64,000 nt of DNA from a virus. Under the pieces are notes generated by a model. That model ran no database searches. It had not been told where the DNA came from and saw only the letters and a list, made by a program, of their open reading frames with translations. The position numbers and the translations under genes were made by a program. Below are positions 52,174-61,101 of the stretch, piece after piece. The DNA lies in IMG/VR virus record IMGVR_UViG_3300036770_007134, positions 7,896 to 71,895 of that record. One strand, given 5' to 3'. Numbering within the stretch: the first letter of the stretch is position 1; each line of letters begins with the position of its first letter.

Positions 52174-53427
52174 TTATAATGTAATTGATACCTGTATTTC
52201 GATATTCTTTAGCTCGAATGCGGGTGTTAAGATTAGGTCAACTATGGCCTTATTTTGATTTGGTATATATGTAACAGAAAAATCACTTGCCAATATTGCA
52301 CCCAATAACTGCATTCCTCTTAGTGCTGAAGATATCGATGTTTCCATTGAATTTCTAGTCTGAAGATTTGAAGGCTGACCAACAAATTTCTCACACTGGA
52401 GCCTAACTAAACGAGTAGCTTCATCTATGATTCTTTTTGTAGATAATCTAGTATAGTCAGAAGTTGACTGTGCAAAAGTAAGACTTTCTCCATATACAGC
52501 TGAGTTATTGAAGTTTATCATTACAGTGTTTACACCTTTGTCGGAAAGACTTGTTCTCTGAGTTTTTGTCGGAGAATATCTTAAAGACCTAATATTAAAA
52601 ACTGGTTGATTAACTAATGAGGTAGTGGAAGACACTCTAGATATTGATGACGCAACGTGTGCGGCACCGTTTGAATATCCGAAGTCTTCAGTACCTGATG
52701 AATAACCAACTGGCTTAAGCTCGGTTGCAACTACAACCACATATGGCCCAACTTCTTTAAATAGATCTGAACTATCTCTATCTGTAAGATTTGTAAGAGA
52801 CAAATGTGAAGAGACCTGAGTCGGGGTCATCGTTTCAATCAAACCCATATATGGCTTAACACCAATTACAGCTACACATGGGAAAGTGTCTTCTGAAATT
52901 CTTTTTGCATGATAAGCAACTTGGTAAGCAAAGCTGCTCGCTGGTGCAGAGTTATTGTCCGCATAAAATCCAAAGCTTGCGTCATTTGACGGCGTTGCTG
53001 GATCTTCCCAATCATCAGGATGTCCACCTCTCCCCCACGCAAGAATAACCGAAGGTCTAACCGATTCTGCGGCTTCGAAAGCGGATGACATCAACTCAGC
53101 TGCTGTACCACCAAAGTTACTGCTAGAAATAGTGCCTGAGGTGTAGTCAAAAATAGTATCACTTGGGAGTGATACTAGATAGACTCTTTCTGTGCCAGCC
53201 AAAACTAGCTCAATAAAAGCCTTATGAAGGTCTGACCCTTCACCAAAAGCCGTTATGACATCGCTCTCGTTTGATGCGCGAAATGCAAGCAGGTCTGCTG
53301 CACCTGCTGTTCCATCGGCTGTTGAGCGCTTAGCTATGGCTACGACCCTTGGACCTGGTGAGGTAGATGCTCTTGATATCGTATAAAAACGATCTCTTAT
53401 ACTTGTAGTTACTCCTGGTATACTCAT
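52174..53427 (-). CDS. Tail sheath protein
   Basis: 417 aa; MSIPGV N-terminus and sheath C-terminal domain (LSTKRII...FVGQPSN...LTPAFELKNIEIQV); SD GGAGGT. Confidence 0.88.
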   Translation of the reverse strand: MSIPGVTTSIRDRFYTISRASTSPGPRVVAIAKRSTADGTAGAADLLAFRASNESDVITAFGEGSDLHKAFIELVLAGTERVYLVSLPSDTIFDYTSGTISSSNFGGTAAELMSSAFEAAESVRPSVILAWGRGGHPDDWEDPATPSNDASFGFYADNNSAPASSFAYQVAYHAKRISEDTFPCVAVIGVKPYMGLIETMTPTQVSSHLSLTNLTDRDSSDLFKEVGPYVVVVATELKPVGYSSGTEDFGYSNGAAHVASSISRVSSTTSLVNQPVFNIRSLRYSPTKTQRTSLSDKGVNTVMINFNNSAVYGESLTFAQSTSDYTRLSTKRIIDEATRLVRLQCEKFVGQPSNLQTRNSMETSISSALRGMQLLGAILASDFSVTYIPNQNKAIVDLILTPAFELKNIEIQVSITL

Positions 53428-53470
53428 GTTCTACTAAGACCTCCAACTATGAATACTGAAATCTTTCAAT

Positions 53471-53481
53471 ATAGTAACAAT
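53471..53481 (-). promoter_or_regulatory. Candidate late promoter element ATTGTTACTAT (copy upstream of the sheath gene)
   Basis: Intergenic 11-mer identical to 60997-61007; reads TG-T-TACTAT, an extended -10-like element, about 44 nt upstream of the start codon. Confidence 0.5.
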
Positions 53482-53534
53482 AAAGTTATAAAAACAAACG
53501 TCAGCTTCTTTAAAAGAAAATAATATATATAACA

Positions 53535-54410
53535 CTAATAACTATTAGGTGTTGCTGTTTGATGCAGGTCGGTTATGGTTACATCTATATCTGGAGTAGA
53601 TTTAATATCCTCATCAGAGTAGGCTGCAAGCCACGTTCTTGCATCAATTGCTATCTTCTCCAAAGTGCCGTGAGGTGCTGCAAATGTTTTTTCGGTAGTT
53701 AGCATATACTGAATACTTTTTCTTATTATATCTTGATCGTTTCTAGTTATTTCAACATCAGCCAATCTTCTAGCGAAAACTAACTCCGATGCTCCTATCA
53801 TCTTGAAGATAGGAGTCATCTCTATCATAAAGTCCTCAAATCTATCTAAGACCTGTTCAGTAACGGAATATGCCTCTTCTGATAAACTCCAGCCAGGAGA
53901 ATCATCTTCCACAAGCTTAACTTTAGATAAAATATTAAAATTTATAATACTTTGAAATTTTTGCCCATAAATAGTGTAATACTTATCTTTTTTTTCTCCC
54001 AGACTACCGTCTGACAAAATATGTTGTGACGAACTTGGTATTAACACATTTTGGCGCATTCTAGGCTTAGGCTCACCAGTATGAGCCTTTTTCTGAGCTA
54101 CCCCATAAGTTATTATGACATCATACATGTCTAATGCAGATGTCGACCCAATGGCGGATACCGCATCACCCTCAATTACCGAAAAGGCCTGACGAGCAGA
54201 AGCCATGGGGAGAACTGGGATGCTGGGGTAAACTTCTTCCCACATTTTTTTTAAAACTGATACAAATTCAATATAAGAGAGCTTACCATCGTAAACTTCT
54301 TTAATACCATTCAAATCCAGTATTTTACCAGGGGCCTGAAGGGGATCTTGATATATTGAATCTGGCCATCTATTTTCTGATCTACTTACAAAATCTCTAT
54401 TTAAATACAT
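53535..54410 (-). CDS. Putative tail terminator/completion protein
   Basis: 291 aa; lies between the neck genes and the sheath gene; function from position only. Confidence 0.55.
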   Translation of the reverse strand: MYLNRDFVSRSENRWPDSIYQDPLQAPGKILDLNGIKEVYDGKLSYIEFVSVLKKMWEEVYPSIPVLPMASARQAFSVIEGDAVSAIGSTSALDMYDVIITYGVAQKKAHTGEPKPRMRQNVLIPSSSQHILSDGSLGEKKDKYYTIYGQKFQSIINFNILSKVKLVEDDSPGWSLSEEAYSVTEQVLDRFEDFMIEMTPIFKMIGASELVFARRLADVEITRNDQDIIRKSIQYMLTTEKTFAAPHGTLEKIAIDARTWLAAYSDEDIKSTPDIDVTITDLHQTATPNSY

Positions 54411-54411
54411 A

Positions 54412-56004
54412 TTATGCTCTCGGCCCTCCTGCTATTGAAAAGCTAACACTCTTTAAACCAAGAGAAGAAATTAAATTTATATAAAATATTAAACTTTTTT
54501 CTCTATTACCGCTTACTTGAATGTCAAAAGAATAATCTACAACTATATTATTTTGTTTATAATAATCTAGTAAATTTTTTACTCTATCCACAAGTGTATC
54601 ATAAGAGAATTTTCCTATTGCTTCTTCTGAATATAGTTTTATCTGATTAACACAATCTTTTACTAATCTAACCTGTGCCAACTTTGAGTGAACACTATTT
54701 TTATCAGCTAAAGTATACTCATTCGAAAGATAGACTTCATATGGAGCATTTCTTTTTGCCTTAGCTCCTCGATACGCAAAGTTTACACCAATTGAGTCTA
54801 ACTTTTCATATTCAGAATTATTCAGAGAGGCGCTATTTACGGATATGGCACCAGGTATATTCTTCCTTATTAGAGAGACATTCAGAGGTGACGATGCAAT
54901 CATTCCAGCTACCACGGCTGATAAAGAAGATGTATAAGACACTGCTAAGTGACTATGCTTCATGGTTACCTCTCCATAAACTGGCATAACAAATCTGCCT
55001 ATATCCGAAATAATTCTTCCATTTAAATCGTAAGTTGTTAATTTAGAGTTAAAAATATTAGAATCATAAAGTGTATCAATATCGGAAGATTTTATACCAC
55101 CAGATCTACTTCCGATAATCCCCATTTGAACAAACCCAGTTGAATTATGAAAATCATAGCAGTGAGTGGATAGCTGAGAGACAAAATCTATATCACCGCT
55201 TTTCAAAAAGGAGACCTCCAATGGGACCACTATGTCTATAAAATCTAAATCTTTAATAGCTGTATATGTATCATTTAGTCTTTCATGATATTTTTCATAA
55301 AAAGTTTTGCCTATTGGAGTAGCTGAATCATCGAGAAGTGCTATGGACTGGTTTCTATCCTCATATCTAGATACATACTCTGACATAGGAGCTGCAGCTA
55401 TTAAAACAATGTCTCTTGCACCAGCTCCATAGGCATCAAAAAAACCCTTTAATAGAGGGCTATCTATATCAGCACCAAGTGCATTAATTGCATCCTGAGC
55501 CGTACGAGCAAAAAATGGCGTATTAACAGGTATATTATCAGAGTGGCCTATCAGTAGGATGGTATCAGTTGTACCACGACCCATTGATTGATAAAAAGCC
55601 TTAAAGTTAGATACCGCTAATGATGGAGCAGATATGTTTATTGGCTTTATCTCATTAAATTGTGATCTAACTTGAAACTTAGATAAAAGCCTTATTTCCT
55701 GTATTGAATCAAACGTTTGACATACTACCGAGTATACTCCACTAGCATAATTTTCGGGAACCTTGTATTCGAACCTATATTCTCCACTTCCTACTCTTTC
55801 TATTAAAGCTGGACCAGTAGAAGGTGAAGATTGATTTAAATAAGAATATGGTCCATCTATAACTTGCCCATCACCGTAATCGCCACGAACAATGGTGAAA
55901 TATAAGTCTCTTGGAGTAGCCTGTTCTAAAGGGTCAAAAGATGAACCATTATTGTAAAAGGCAAATCTCATTGCCATCGAGGAACCACTATTAACCAGTA
56001 TCAT
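54412..56004 (-). CDS. Second tail-sheath-like protein with N-terminal Ig-like domain
   Basis: ATG at 56004 (MILVNSG), 1 nt after the upstream stop, preferred to the TTG at 56028; C-terminal LAQVRLV...AIGK...DYSFDI...SLGLKSVSFSI resembles the sheath C-terminal domain. Confidence 0.7.
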   Translation of the reverse strand: MILVNSGSSMAMRFAFYNNGSSFDPLEQATPRDLYFTIVRGDYGDGQVIDGPYSYLNQSSPSTGPALIERVGSGEYRFEYKVPENYASGVYSVVCQTFDSIQEIRLLSKFQVRSQFNEIKPINISAPSLAVSNFKAFYQSMGRGTTDTILLIGHSDNIPVNTPFFARTAQDAINALGADIDSPLLKGFFDAYGAGARDIVLIAAAPMSEYVSRYEDRNQSIALLDDSATPIGKTFYEKYHERLNDTYTAIKDLDFIDIVVPLEVSFLKSGDIDFVSQLSTHCYDFHNSTGFVQMGIIGSRSGGIKSSDIDTLYDSNIFNSKLTTYDLNGRIISDIGRFVMPVYGEVTMKHSHLAVSYTSSLSAVVAGMIASSPLNVSLIRKNIPGAISVNSASLNNSEYEKLDSIGVNFAYRGAKAKRNAPYEVYLSNEYTLADKNSVHSKLAQVRLVKDCVNQIKLYSEEAIGKFSYDTLVDRVKNLLDYYKQNNIVVDYSFDIQVSGNREKSLIFYINLISSLGLKSVSFSIAGGPRA

Positions 56005-56005
56005 A

Positions 56006-56377
56006 CTATTTCTCTCTTGTCGCTCCAACTATCCAATAAACTACTTTCCCCATCTTGCCACGAACTGGCGTAGAAATGTCTACTCTATAAATAGTGTAAT
56101 CCCTATATATACCAAGCCCTAAATCCTCATATATTCTATCGCCTTCTTTTGGAGCAACTTCAGCCTCAAAATAATAAACCATATCAAAACTGGTATCGAC
56201 ACCCTCTAGACCCTCTGCGGTTGCTGTAGCGTTGCGTACTCCAGTTTGACCAACATGACGAGTAGTATATCTTTCAAGAGTTTGAGAATAGTTTCCGTTT
56301 TTCAACATCCTCTGAAGATTTACGTCATGCCCCCAGTCTCTTAGAATTTTTCTAAAACTCTTTTTAAGATCAATCAT
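56006..56377 (-). CDS. Putative head-closure (neck) protein
   Basis: 123 aa beta-rich; YYFEAEVAPKEGDRIYE pattern; follows the adaptor-like gene. Confidence 0.6.
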   Translation of the reverse strand: MIDLKKSFRKILRDWGHDVNLQRMLKNGNYSQTLERYTTRHVGQTGVRNATATAEGLEGVDTSFDMVYYFEAEVAPKEGDRIYEDLGLGIYRDYTIYRVDISTPVRGKMGKVVYWIVGATREK

Positions 56378-57263
56378 AACTTCTTATATCCCTATCCGGC
56401 ATGGGGTCATCTTTAGCTACCTTCTTTCGACCTGGCCCATATAAATCTCTATCAGATAAGTAGATAAGCTTCTTAGTATCTGGATGTACGACCTTTCCAT
56501 CACTACTCGAACCTTTAGTGGGTAGCCCCTTCGGCACAAAAGCAGTTGGGCCAACTTTGCCGGATATCATTTCTTTTCTTAACACAGTTGCTATTTGGCA
56601 CCATGTGGTAGCATTATCTCTACTTAGATTACTTCTCGGTACTGACCTGTTTGTAATGCTTAAGTCTCCAAGTCTAACCGAATACTCATCATCTCCACCA
56701 AGTTCATATGTTCTACTTAGCTCACATGCCGTAGCTGCTTGTATATACTCTATAGCATTGAATGGGACATTCGTGCCATCTTCTGAATCTTGAAGAGAAA
56801 ATATTTTTTTAACTTCATTTGAATAATTATGCACTATTTCACCTATTTCCATAACTGAAGCGTCTGGGAAAAACGGTATCAAGACCTCTGGATCCAGGTA
56901 TAAGGGTGAAACTTCTCCACAGAATATTATTATCTCATCTTTACCAAGAGTGTTACTAGATTTATACTCTACCGATGCCGAGCTAACATAAAGAGTTTGC
57001 TGAACGGTAATATTGTTACCGTTATCGAGTATTCCGGTAAATTTTATTGAATATGTATCTTCTTTTATTGGTGTAAAATCATAGTAATACTGAGAGCTAG
57101 ACAAAGCGGTCGGAAGACCCTCGAAAATTATATTACTAGAACTATCTCTTATTTGTATTGACACGCTTACAGGCTCTACGGGAACTACAATCCCTTCACC
57201 ATTTAAATCTGTAAATGTTACAGTTATTCTGACTGTATCATTTACGTATACCTGATTAGACAT
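56370..57263 (-). CDS. Ig-like domain fused to a putative head-tail adaptor
   Basis: 297 aa; N-terminal beta-sandwich (VRITVTF...YYYDFTP...YSIKF), then a helical part with SVRLGDLSI typical of adaptors. Confidence 0.55.
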   Translation of the reverse strand: MSNQVYVNDTVRITVTFTDLNGEGIVVPVEPVSVSIQIRDSSSNIIFEGLPTALSSSQYYYDFTPIKEDTYSIKFTGILDNGNNITVQQTLYVSSASVEYKSSNTLGKDEIIIFCGEVSPLYLDPEVLIPFFPDASVMEIGEIVHNYSNEVKKIFSLQDSEDGTNVPFNAIEYIQAATACELSRTYELGGDDEYSVRLGDLSITNRSVPRSNLSRDNATTWCQIATVLRKEMISGKVGPTAFVPKGLPTKGSSSDGKVVHPDTKKLIYLSDRDLYGPGRKKVAKDDPMPDRDIRSYD

Positions 57264-57282
57264 TTTGCTTCCTTAAATTTTA

Positions 57283-57720
57283 CTATATTGCGGTGTCAAT
57301 TTGTATCTGAGCTGAAATATTATTTCCTGTAGTTTTAGTAGATGATATTACATATAGCTGACTTTGCGATTTAGACTCTGAGTTTGCTACAGGTGATATG
57401 TATACAACCTCTGCCGAAGAGATAATTTCAGCCTCTTCATCAAGTACGTTAAAAGCTACAACACCATATCCGTCTATGTCTGAAAAAGATATAGATGATG
57501 TAGTGTTTGTAATTTGCTCTAATCCAGTATCATAAAATATTTTTTCAATAGGTACGAATACAACAGACGTCTCTACTGAAACTGGATTGACCATAAAAGC
57601 AGCGAGTATACTGGCCTCGCCAAATTTATCACCACTGTATATTTCACTAGGTTCTACAAGCCTAACCCCATCATACCTAAAGTAAGGATGCTCATAGGTT
57701 ACTATATCATTATACAGCAT
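57283..57720 (-). CDS. Hypothetical virion protein
   Basis: 145-aa ATG ORF, in operon order. Confidence 0.6.
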   Translation of the reverse strand: MLYNDIVTYEHPYFRYDGVRLVEPSEIYSGDKFGEASILAAFMVNPVSVETSVVFVPIEKIFYDTGLEQITNTTSSISFSDIDGYGVVAFNVLDEEAEIISSAEVVYISPVANSESKSQSQLYVISSTKTTGNNISAQIQIDTAI

Positions 57721-57737
57721 GCGATGCCCTTTGTGTC

Positions 57738-59429
57738 TTAGAAAGTCCCACCATCTATAGTGACAAGGTCTAACGATACACTACTGATTGATCCACCGGT
57801 TATTGTTACATTATTAGAATTCTGAACCGCAATTGTTCCCAAACCCAGGGAACTTCTTACCGTAGAACCGGTTTCCGTAACCCAGTTAGTCCCATCTCCA
57901 ACAATAAAATAACTATCAGTGGGAGTCAGGCCGGATATATCAGCTAATCCTGCATCATAAGCCTGTACATCAACTCCTATTTCGAGGCCAAGATTAATTC
58001 TTGCGTCCGATGCAGTAGATGCACCTGTTCCACCATGTAGAATAGCTACATCTGTAGCCTCCCAGGTACCTGTTGTTATAGTCCCTATTCCGGTTATATT
58101 GGTCTGGGAAGCTGTAAGAATTGTTCCCTCTAAATCAGCTACCAGAGTGGCAACCCCATATCCAGCTGCGCCCGTGTCGATAGTTGTTGTAGGAGCTGAT
58201 TGTGAGTCCTTAAATATCTTAAACTTGCCGTCTGAGGCATCTCTGAAAAACCCAGCATATAGATCTTGTGAGCCGGAAGTGTCATAAAGACCATAAAAAC
58301 CAATATCGACCGAATCAGTAGAGTTATTACCGTTTGCAAGCACTATTAAAGGGTCTTCTACCGAAAGTGTAGCTGTATTTACAGTAGTAGTATCTCCATT
58401 TACGGTTAAATTACCGGTAACAACTAAATTCCCTCCAATAGTGTTATTGGAGGCAGCCCCGGTTGTAGTTATGCTATTAAATGAAACATTATCAGTTGTG
58501 CCAACTGCTTGACCAATTGATACAGTTGGTGTAGCTCCTTCTCCTGAATTATTCAGTAAAGTTACCCCAGTTCCTGCGACCAGTTTATCTACATAATCTC
58601 CAGTGGTCTGAGTCCCTAGGTTAACATTAGAAATGCTTACGGCACCAGTTGAGACAGAAAAATCACTTGAAGAAAAGGATGCAATTCCTTTTGATGATGT
58701 AGTTGCATCATCACCGGATATAGTTACAGTTACATCTGTTGATGCCTTTGAAACAGATGTTGTTATACCTGTACCTCCAACAATCCGCAAATCATCACTG
58801 GCAAGTGCTACGTTCTCACTGGTGGCACCATCCGCATCGACCGTAAGTGTAGTCGATATAGATGCTGATCCAGCTGCCGTCAGCCTACCCTGCTGATCTA
58901 CGGTAAATGTTGGAATTGAAGTTGCGGAACCATAGTTACCCGGAGTAACTGCTGTGTTATCTAAATCAATTGTTAGTGTATTCGTTGCCCCGGCTGTTGT
59001 TGTTATCGCCGTTCCGCCAGCTATTGTAACAGTCTCTTCATCGTCTATCGCTTGAGAGCTGCCACCATCCCCAGCTAATGTAAAAGTATAAGTAGCCGTA
59101 GTCACGGCGTTATCAACGTATGCTGTTGTAGCTAAGGATGTCGAATTGTTTCCAGCTGACTGAGTGGTGGCAGTTGCGGAAGACCCTAAAGAAACTGTGC
59201 CGGTGAACGTTTTGTCGCCACTAATTGTTTGATTTGACGAAAGCGTTACAAAAGCGCCAGAGCCCCCTATTGCCGGGATACTAGTTGCATCTCCACTACC
59301 ATCATCCCCGAAACCATAATACAAAGTATTGTCGGCTTCGTTAAAAGCTAACTCTGCGTTTTTTAAAGAACTAGGAGCGCCAGTAGATCCTATGCTTGCT
59401 CTCCTTTTGATTCTAATTATATTCGCCAT
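57738..59429 (-). CDS. Fibre-like protein (head/collar fibre)
   Basis: 563 aa, Thr/Gly/Ser-rich; N-terminal IRIKRR...APSSLKNAELAFNE motif common in aquatic phage fibres; ends IDGGTF. Confidence 0.75.
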   Translation of the reverse strand: MANIIRIKRRASIGSTGAPSSLKNAELAFNEADNTLYYGFGDDGSGDATSIPAIGGSGAFVTLSSNQTISGDKTFTGTVSLGSSATATTQSAGNNSTSLATTAYVDNAVTTATYTFTLAGDGGSSQAIDDEETVTIAGGTAITTTAGATNTLTIDLDNTAVTPGNYGSATSIPTFTVDQQGRLTAAGSASISTTLTVDADGATSENVALASDDLRIVGGTGITTSVSKASTDVTVTISGDDATTSSKGIASFSSSDFSVSTGAVSISNVNLGTQTTGDYVDKLVAGTGVTLLNNSGEGATPTVSIGQAVGTTDNVSFNSITTTGAASNNTIGGNLVVTGNLTVNGDTTTVNTATLSVEDPLIVLANGNNSTDSVDIGFYGLYDTSGSQDLYAGFFRDASDGKFKIFKDSQSAPTTTIDTGAAGYGVATLVADLEGTILTASQTNITGIGTITTGTWEATDVAILHGGTGASTASDARINLGLEIGVDVQAYDAGLADISGLTPTDSYFIVGDGTNWVTETGSTVRSSLGLGTIAVQNSNNVTITGGSISSVSLDLVTIDGGTF

Positions 59430-59768
59430 TTAAAAATTTCCTCCATCAACTATATCTTTTTCTGGATAATTAGCCCAAGATTCTCCGGTAAACCTCAGGA
59501 CATCGCCAGTGTTTACGGATGTAATAGTAACATCTGTTAAACCATTTAAAACTGATTGAACCGAAATACTGTTTTCAGCTGCAATGATCCTGTCTTTAAC
59601 CGTCAAATGAGAACCAGCTGGATTAGTTCCTAAGACAGTTTGAATAGCTTCTATTGCATCGTTTGCATTCGCGTGCTGATCAGCATGGGGGACAACTAGC
59701 GAATCAAGTCTGTCTGTAGAAGTTGGATTTATTAGAATATCTAAAGAGTTTGGATACTGTGTGCTCAT
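59430..59768 (-). CDS. Small fibre-associated virion protein
   Basis: 112 aa; YPNSLD...HANANDAIEAIQTVLG, LNGLTDV...GDVLRF...W; ends VDGGNF. Confidence 0.7.
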   Translation of the reverse strand: MSTQYPNSLDILINPTSTDRLDSLVVPHADQHANANDAIEAIQTVLGTNPAGSHLTVKDRIIAAENSISVQSVLNGLTDVTITSVNTGDVLRFTGESWANYPEKDIVDGGNF

Positions 59769-59778
59769 TGTTCAACCT

Positions 59779-60189
59779 TTATAGACTAAATATTTTATAT
59801 ATCGTATTACTCCAATTTATTATAACCGTAGCATCTGCCAAAGTTGCCTCAACTGGCAAACCATCTGCAGTATCTATGTAGGCAATGAGTCTGGAAGTAG
59901 AATCATTGCCACTGTCAGTATATATAATAATATAGGAAAAGCCAGTATTACCATACTTCTCTATGGTCTCATTGTCCGCATCAAACACCCCTAATGTAAT
60001 AGAAACATTATCTAAAATACTACTTCTACCCGCTATATACGAACTGTCGATATCTGACACAAACATATGACCACTAAGATCAACAATGTATCCACTCTTA
60101 ACAAGTAAGAGTTTTACATTATTCTGAGTAAGATCTATTTCTCCAGCTAGAAAGGATTCTTTTGCCGTCGCATATAAAGAATTAGCCAT
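59779..60189 (-). CDS. Conserved-type phage virion protein (hypothetical)
   Basis: 136 aa; TAATG coupling to the upstream gene; ANSLY...FLAGEIDL...GVFDAD...LIAYID pattern. Confidence 0.7.
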   Translation of the reverse strand: MANSLYATAKESFLAGEIDLTQNNVKLLLVKSGYIVDLSGHMFVSDIDSSYIAGRSSILDNVSITLGVFDADNETIEKYGNTGFSYIIIYTDSGNDSTSRLIAYIDTADGLPVEATLADATVIINWSNTIYKIFSL

Positions 60190-60965
60190 TAGATACCAAC
60201 TTCTTTCGAAACAGTAATCCTATATTTATAACTTGGCTCATAATAAATTTTTCCTTCAGTGTAATAGGAAGGAGTTGAGTCAACCGAAGGAAGGTCGACA
60301 TATACTTCTTTTCTGGCTGTGCTTGTTGAAATTTTAGCCTCAAGTGTTTCCCATCTGGAATGTATTTTTTGAATTTTTTTTCTTTGAACTTTAAAAAATT
60401 TATTTGTTAAAAAATTAGCTGCTGGATTTTGATTAAACTCTATAACTACCCTACCAAAATTTTCATCATCCTCTAAATAAAAATCACCTATCTCTGGATA
60501 GGTAGAAACTATAAAAAACTCAGGATTTTTAGCTATAATTTGATATGATGTTTCTATATCAGGTTTTATAGAAAAGTCCTCTATCAATACTTCTTGTATA
60601 ACAGTCCCAGTAGATTCTTGAACAAGATACGCAGGAGTCGCAGAAATAACTGGACTAGTAAAATATATTGACTCATCAGGGATGGTTATACCTGTTGCAT
60701 CTACCAAATTTGTTACAACTATAACATAGTCAGTATTCTCATCTAGAATGTAGTCCCATGTTAAAGTTATTGTTCTAGATATTTGGTTATAATCAGTCAG
60801 TGTGCTTATATTCACAAAAGGTGAAGCCAGTTCCTGGGGAGTGCTTTCATCAGTAAATACCTTAAAGCTAGAATCAGTAATAGAACTAATTTTAACTGTT
60901 CTTGCAAATTTTATTTTAACTTGATTAACACTTACCGTATAAGCTTCTATTAGATTTAAAGCCAC
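60189..60965 (-). CDS. Ig-like domain virion protein
   Basis: 258 aa; GTG start with GAGGT; VKIKF...SFKV...ITLT...LDENTDYVIVV...FT is a bacterial Ig-like pattern, with a second similar domain. Confidence 0.7.
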   Translation of the reverse strand: MALNLIEAYTVSVNQVKIKFARTVKISSITDSSFKVFTDESTPQELASPFVNISTLTDYNQISRTITLTWDYILDENTDYVIVVTNLVDATGITIPDESIYFTSPVISATPAYLVQESTGTVIQEVLIEDFSIKPDIETSYQIIAKNPEFFIVSTYPEIGDFYLEDDENFGRVVIEFNQNPAANFLTNKFFKVQRKKIQKIHSRWETLEAKISTSTARKEVYVDLPSVDSTPSYYTEGKIYYEPSYKYRITVSKEVGI

Positions 60966-60996
60966 ATTATACCTCGCCAGATAAACAACTAATGTA

Positions 60997-61007
60997 ATAG
61001 TAACAAT
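60997..61007 (-). promoter_or_regulatory. Candidate late promoter element ATTGTTACTAT (copy upstream of the Ig-like gene)
   Basis: Identical to 53471-53481; lies just downstream of the capsid terminator, about 32 nt before the next start. Confidence 0.5.
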
Positions 61008-61024
61008 TTAAAGACAATATAGAA

Positions 61025-61058
61025 CTAGGGGGCGGCAGATTTCTCTGCCGCCCCCTAG
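61025..61058 (-). terminator. Intrinsic terminator after the major capsid gene
   Basis: Perfect 15-bp GC-rich stem ctagggggcggcaga / tctgccgccccctag; GAAA tetraloop on the minus strand, followed by TTCTATATTGTCTTT. Confidence 0.85.
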
Positions 61059-61101
61059 ACATAGGGTAATCGTAACTATAACTAACCCTAAGGTCCTATT
61101 C

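Noticed and set aside
19086-56004. Bacterial contractile injection system or tailocin rather than a phage
   Set aside because: Capsid, decoration, scaffold and neck genes are in the same operon, indicating a complete tailed phage.
56005-56028. TTG start at 56028 for the second sheath gene
   Set aside because: It overlaps the upstream gene; an ATG at 56004 directly follows the upstream stop.
20880-59535. Partial copies of the atagtaac motif inside coding regions (near 20882 and 59524)
   Set aside because: Shorter matches inside ORFs are expected by chance in AT-rich DNA, so they were not called as promoters.
61071-61094. An rRNA gene or rRNA-intron fragment as an annotated feature
   Set aside because: The match is only about 20 nt with no flanking rRNA or intron sequence; kept only as a finding.
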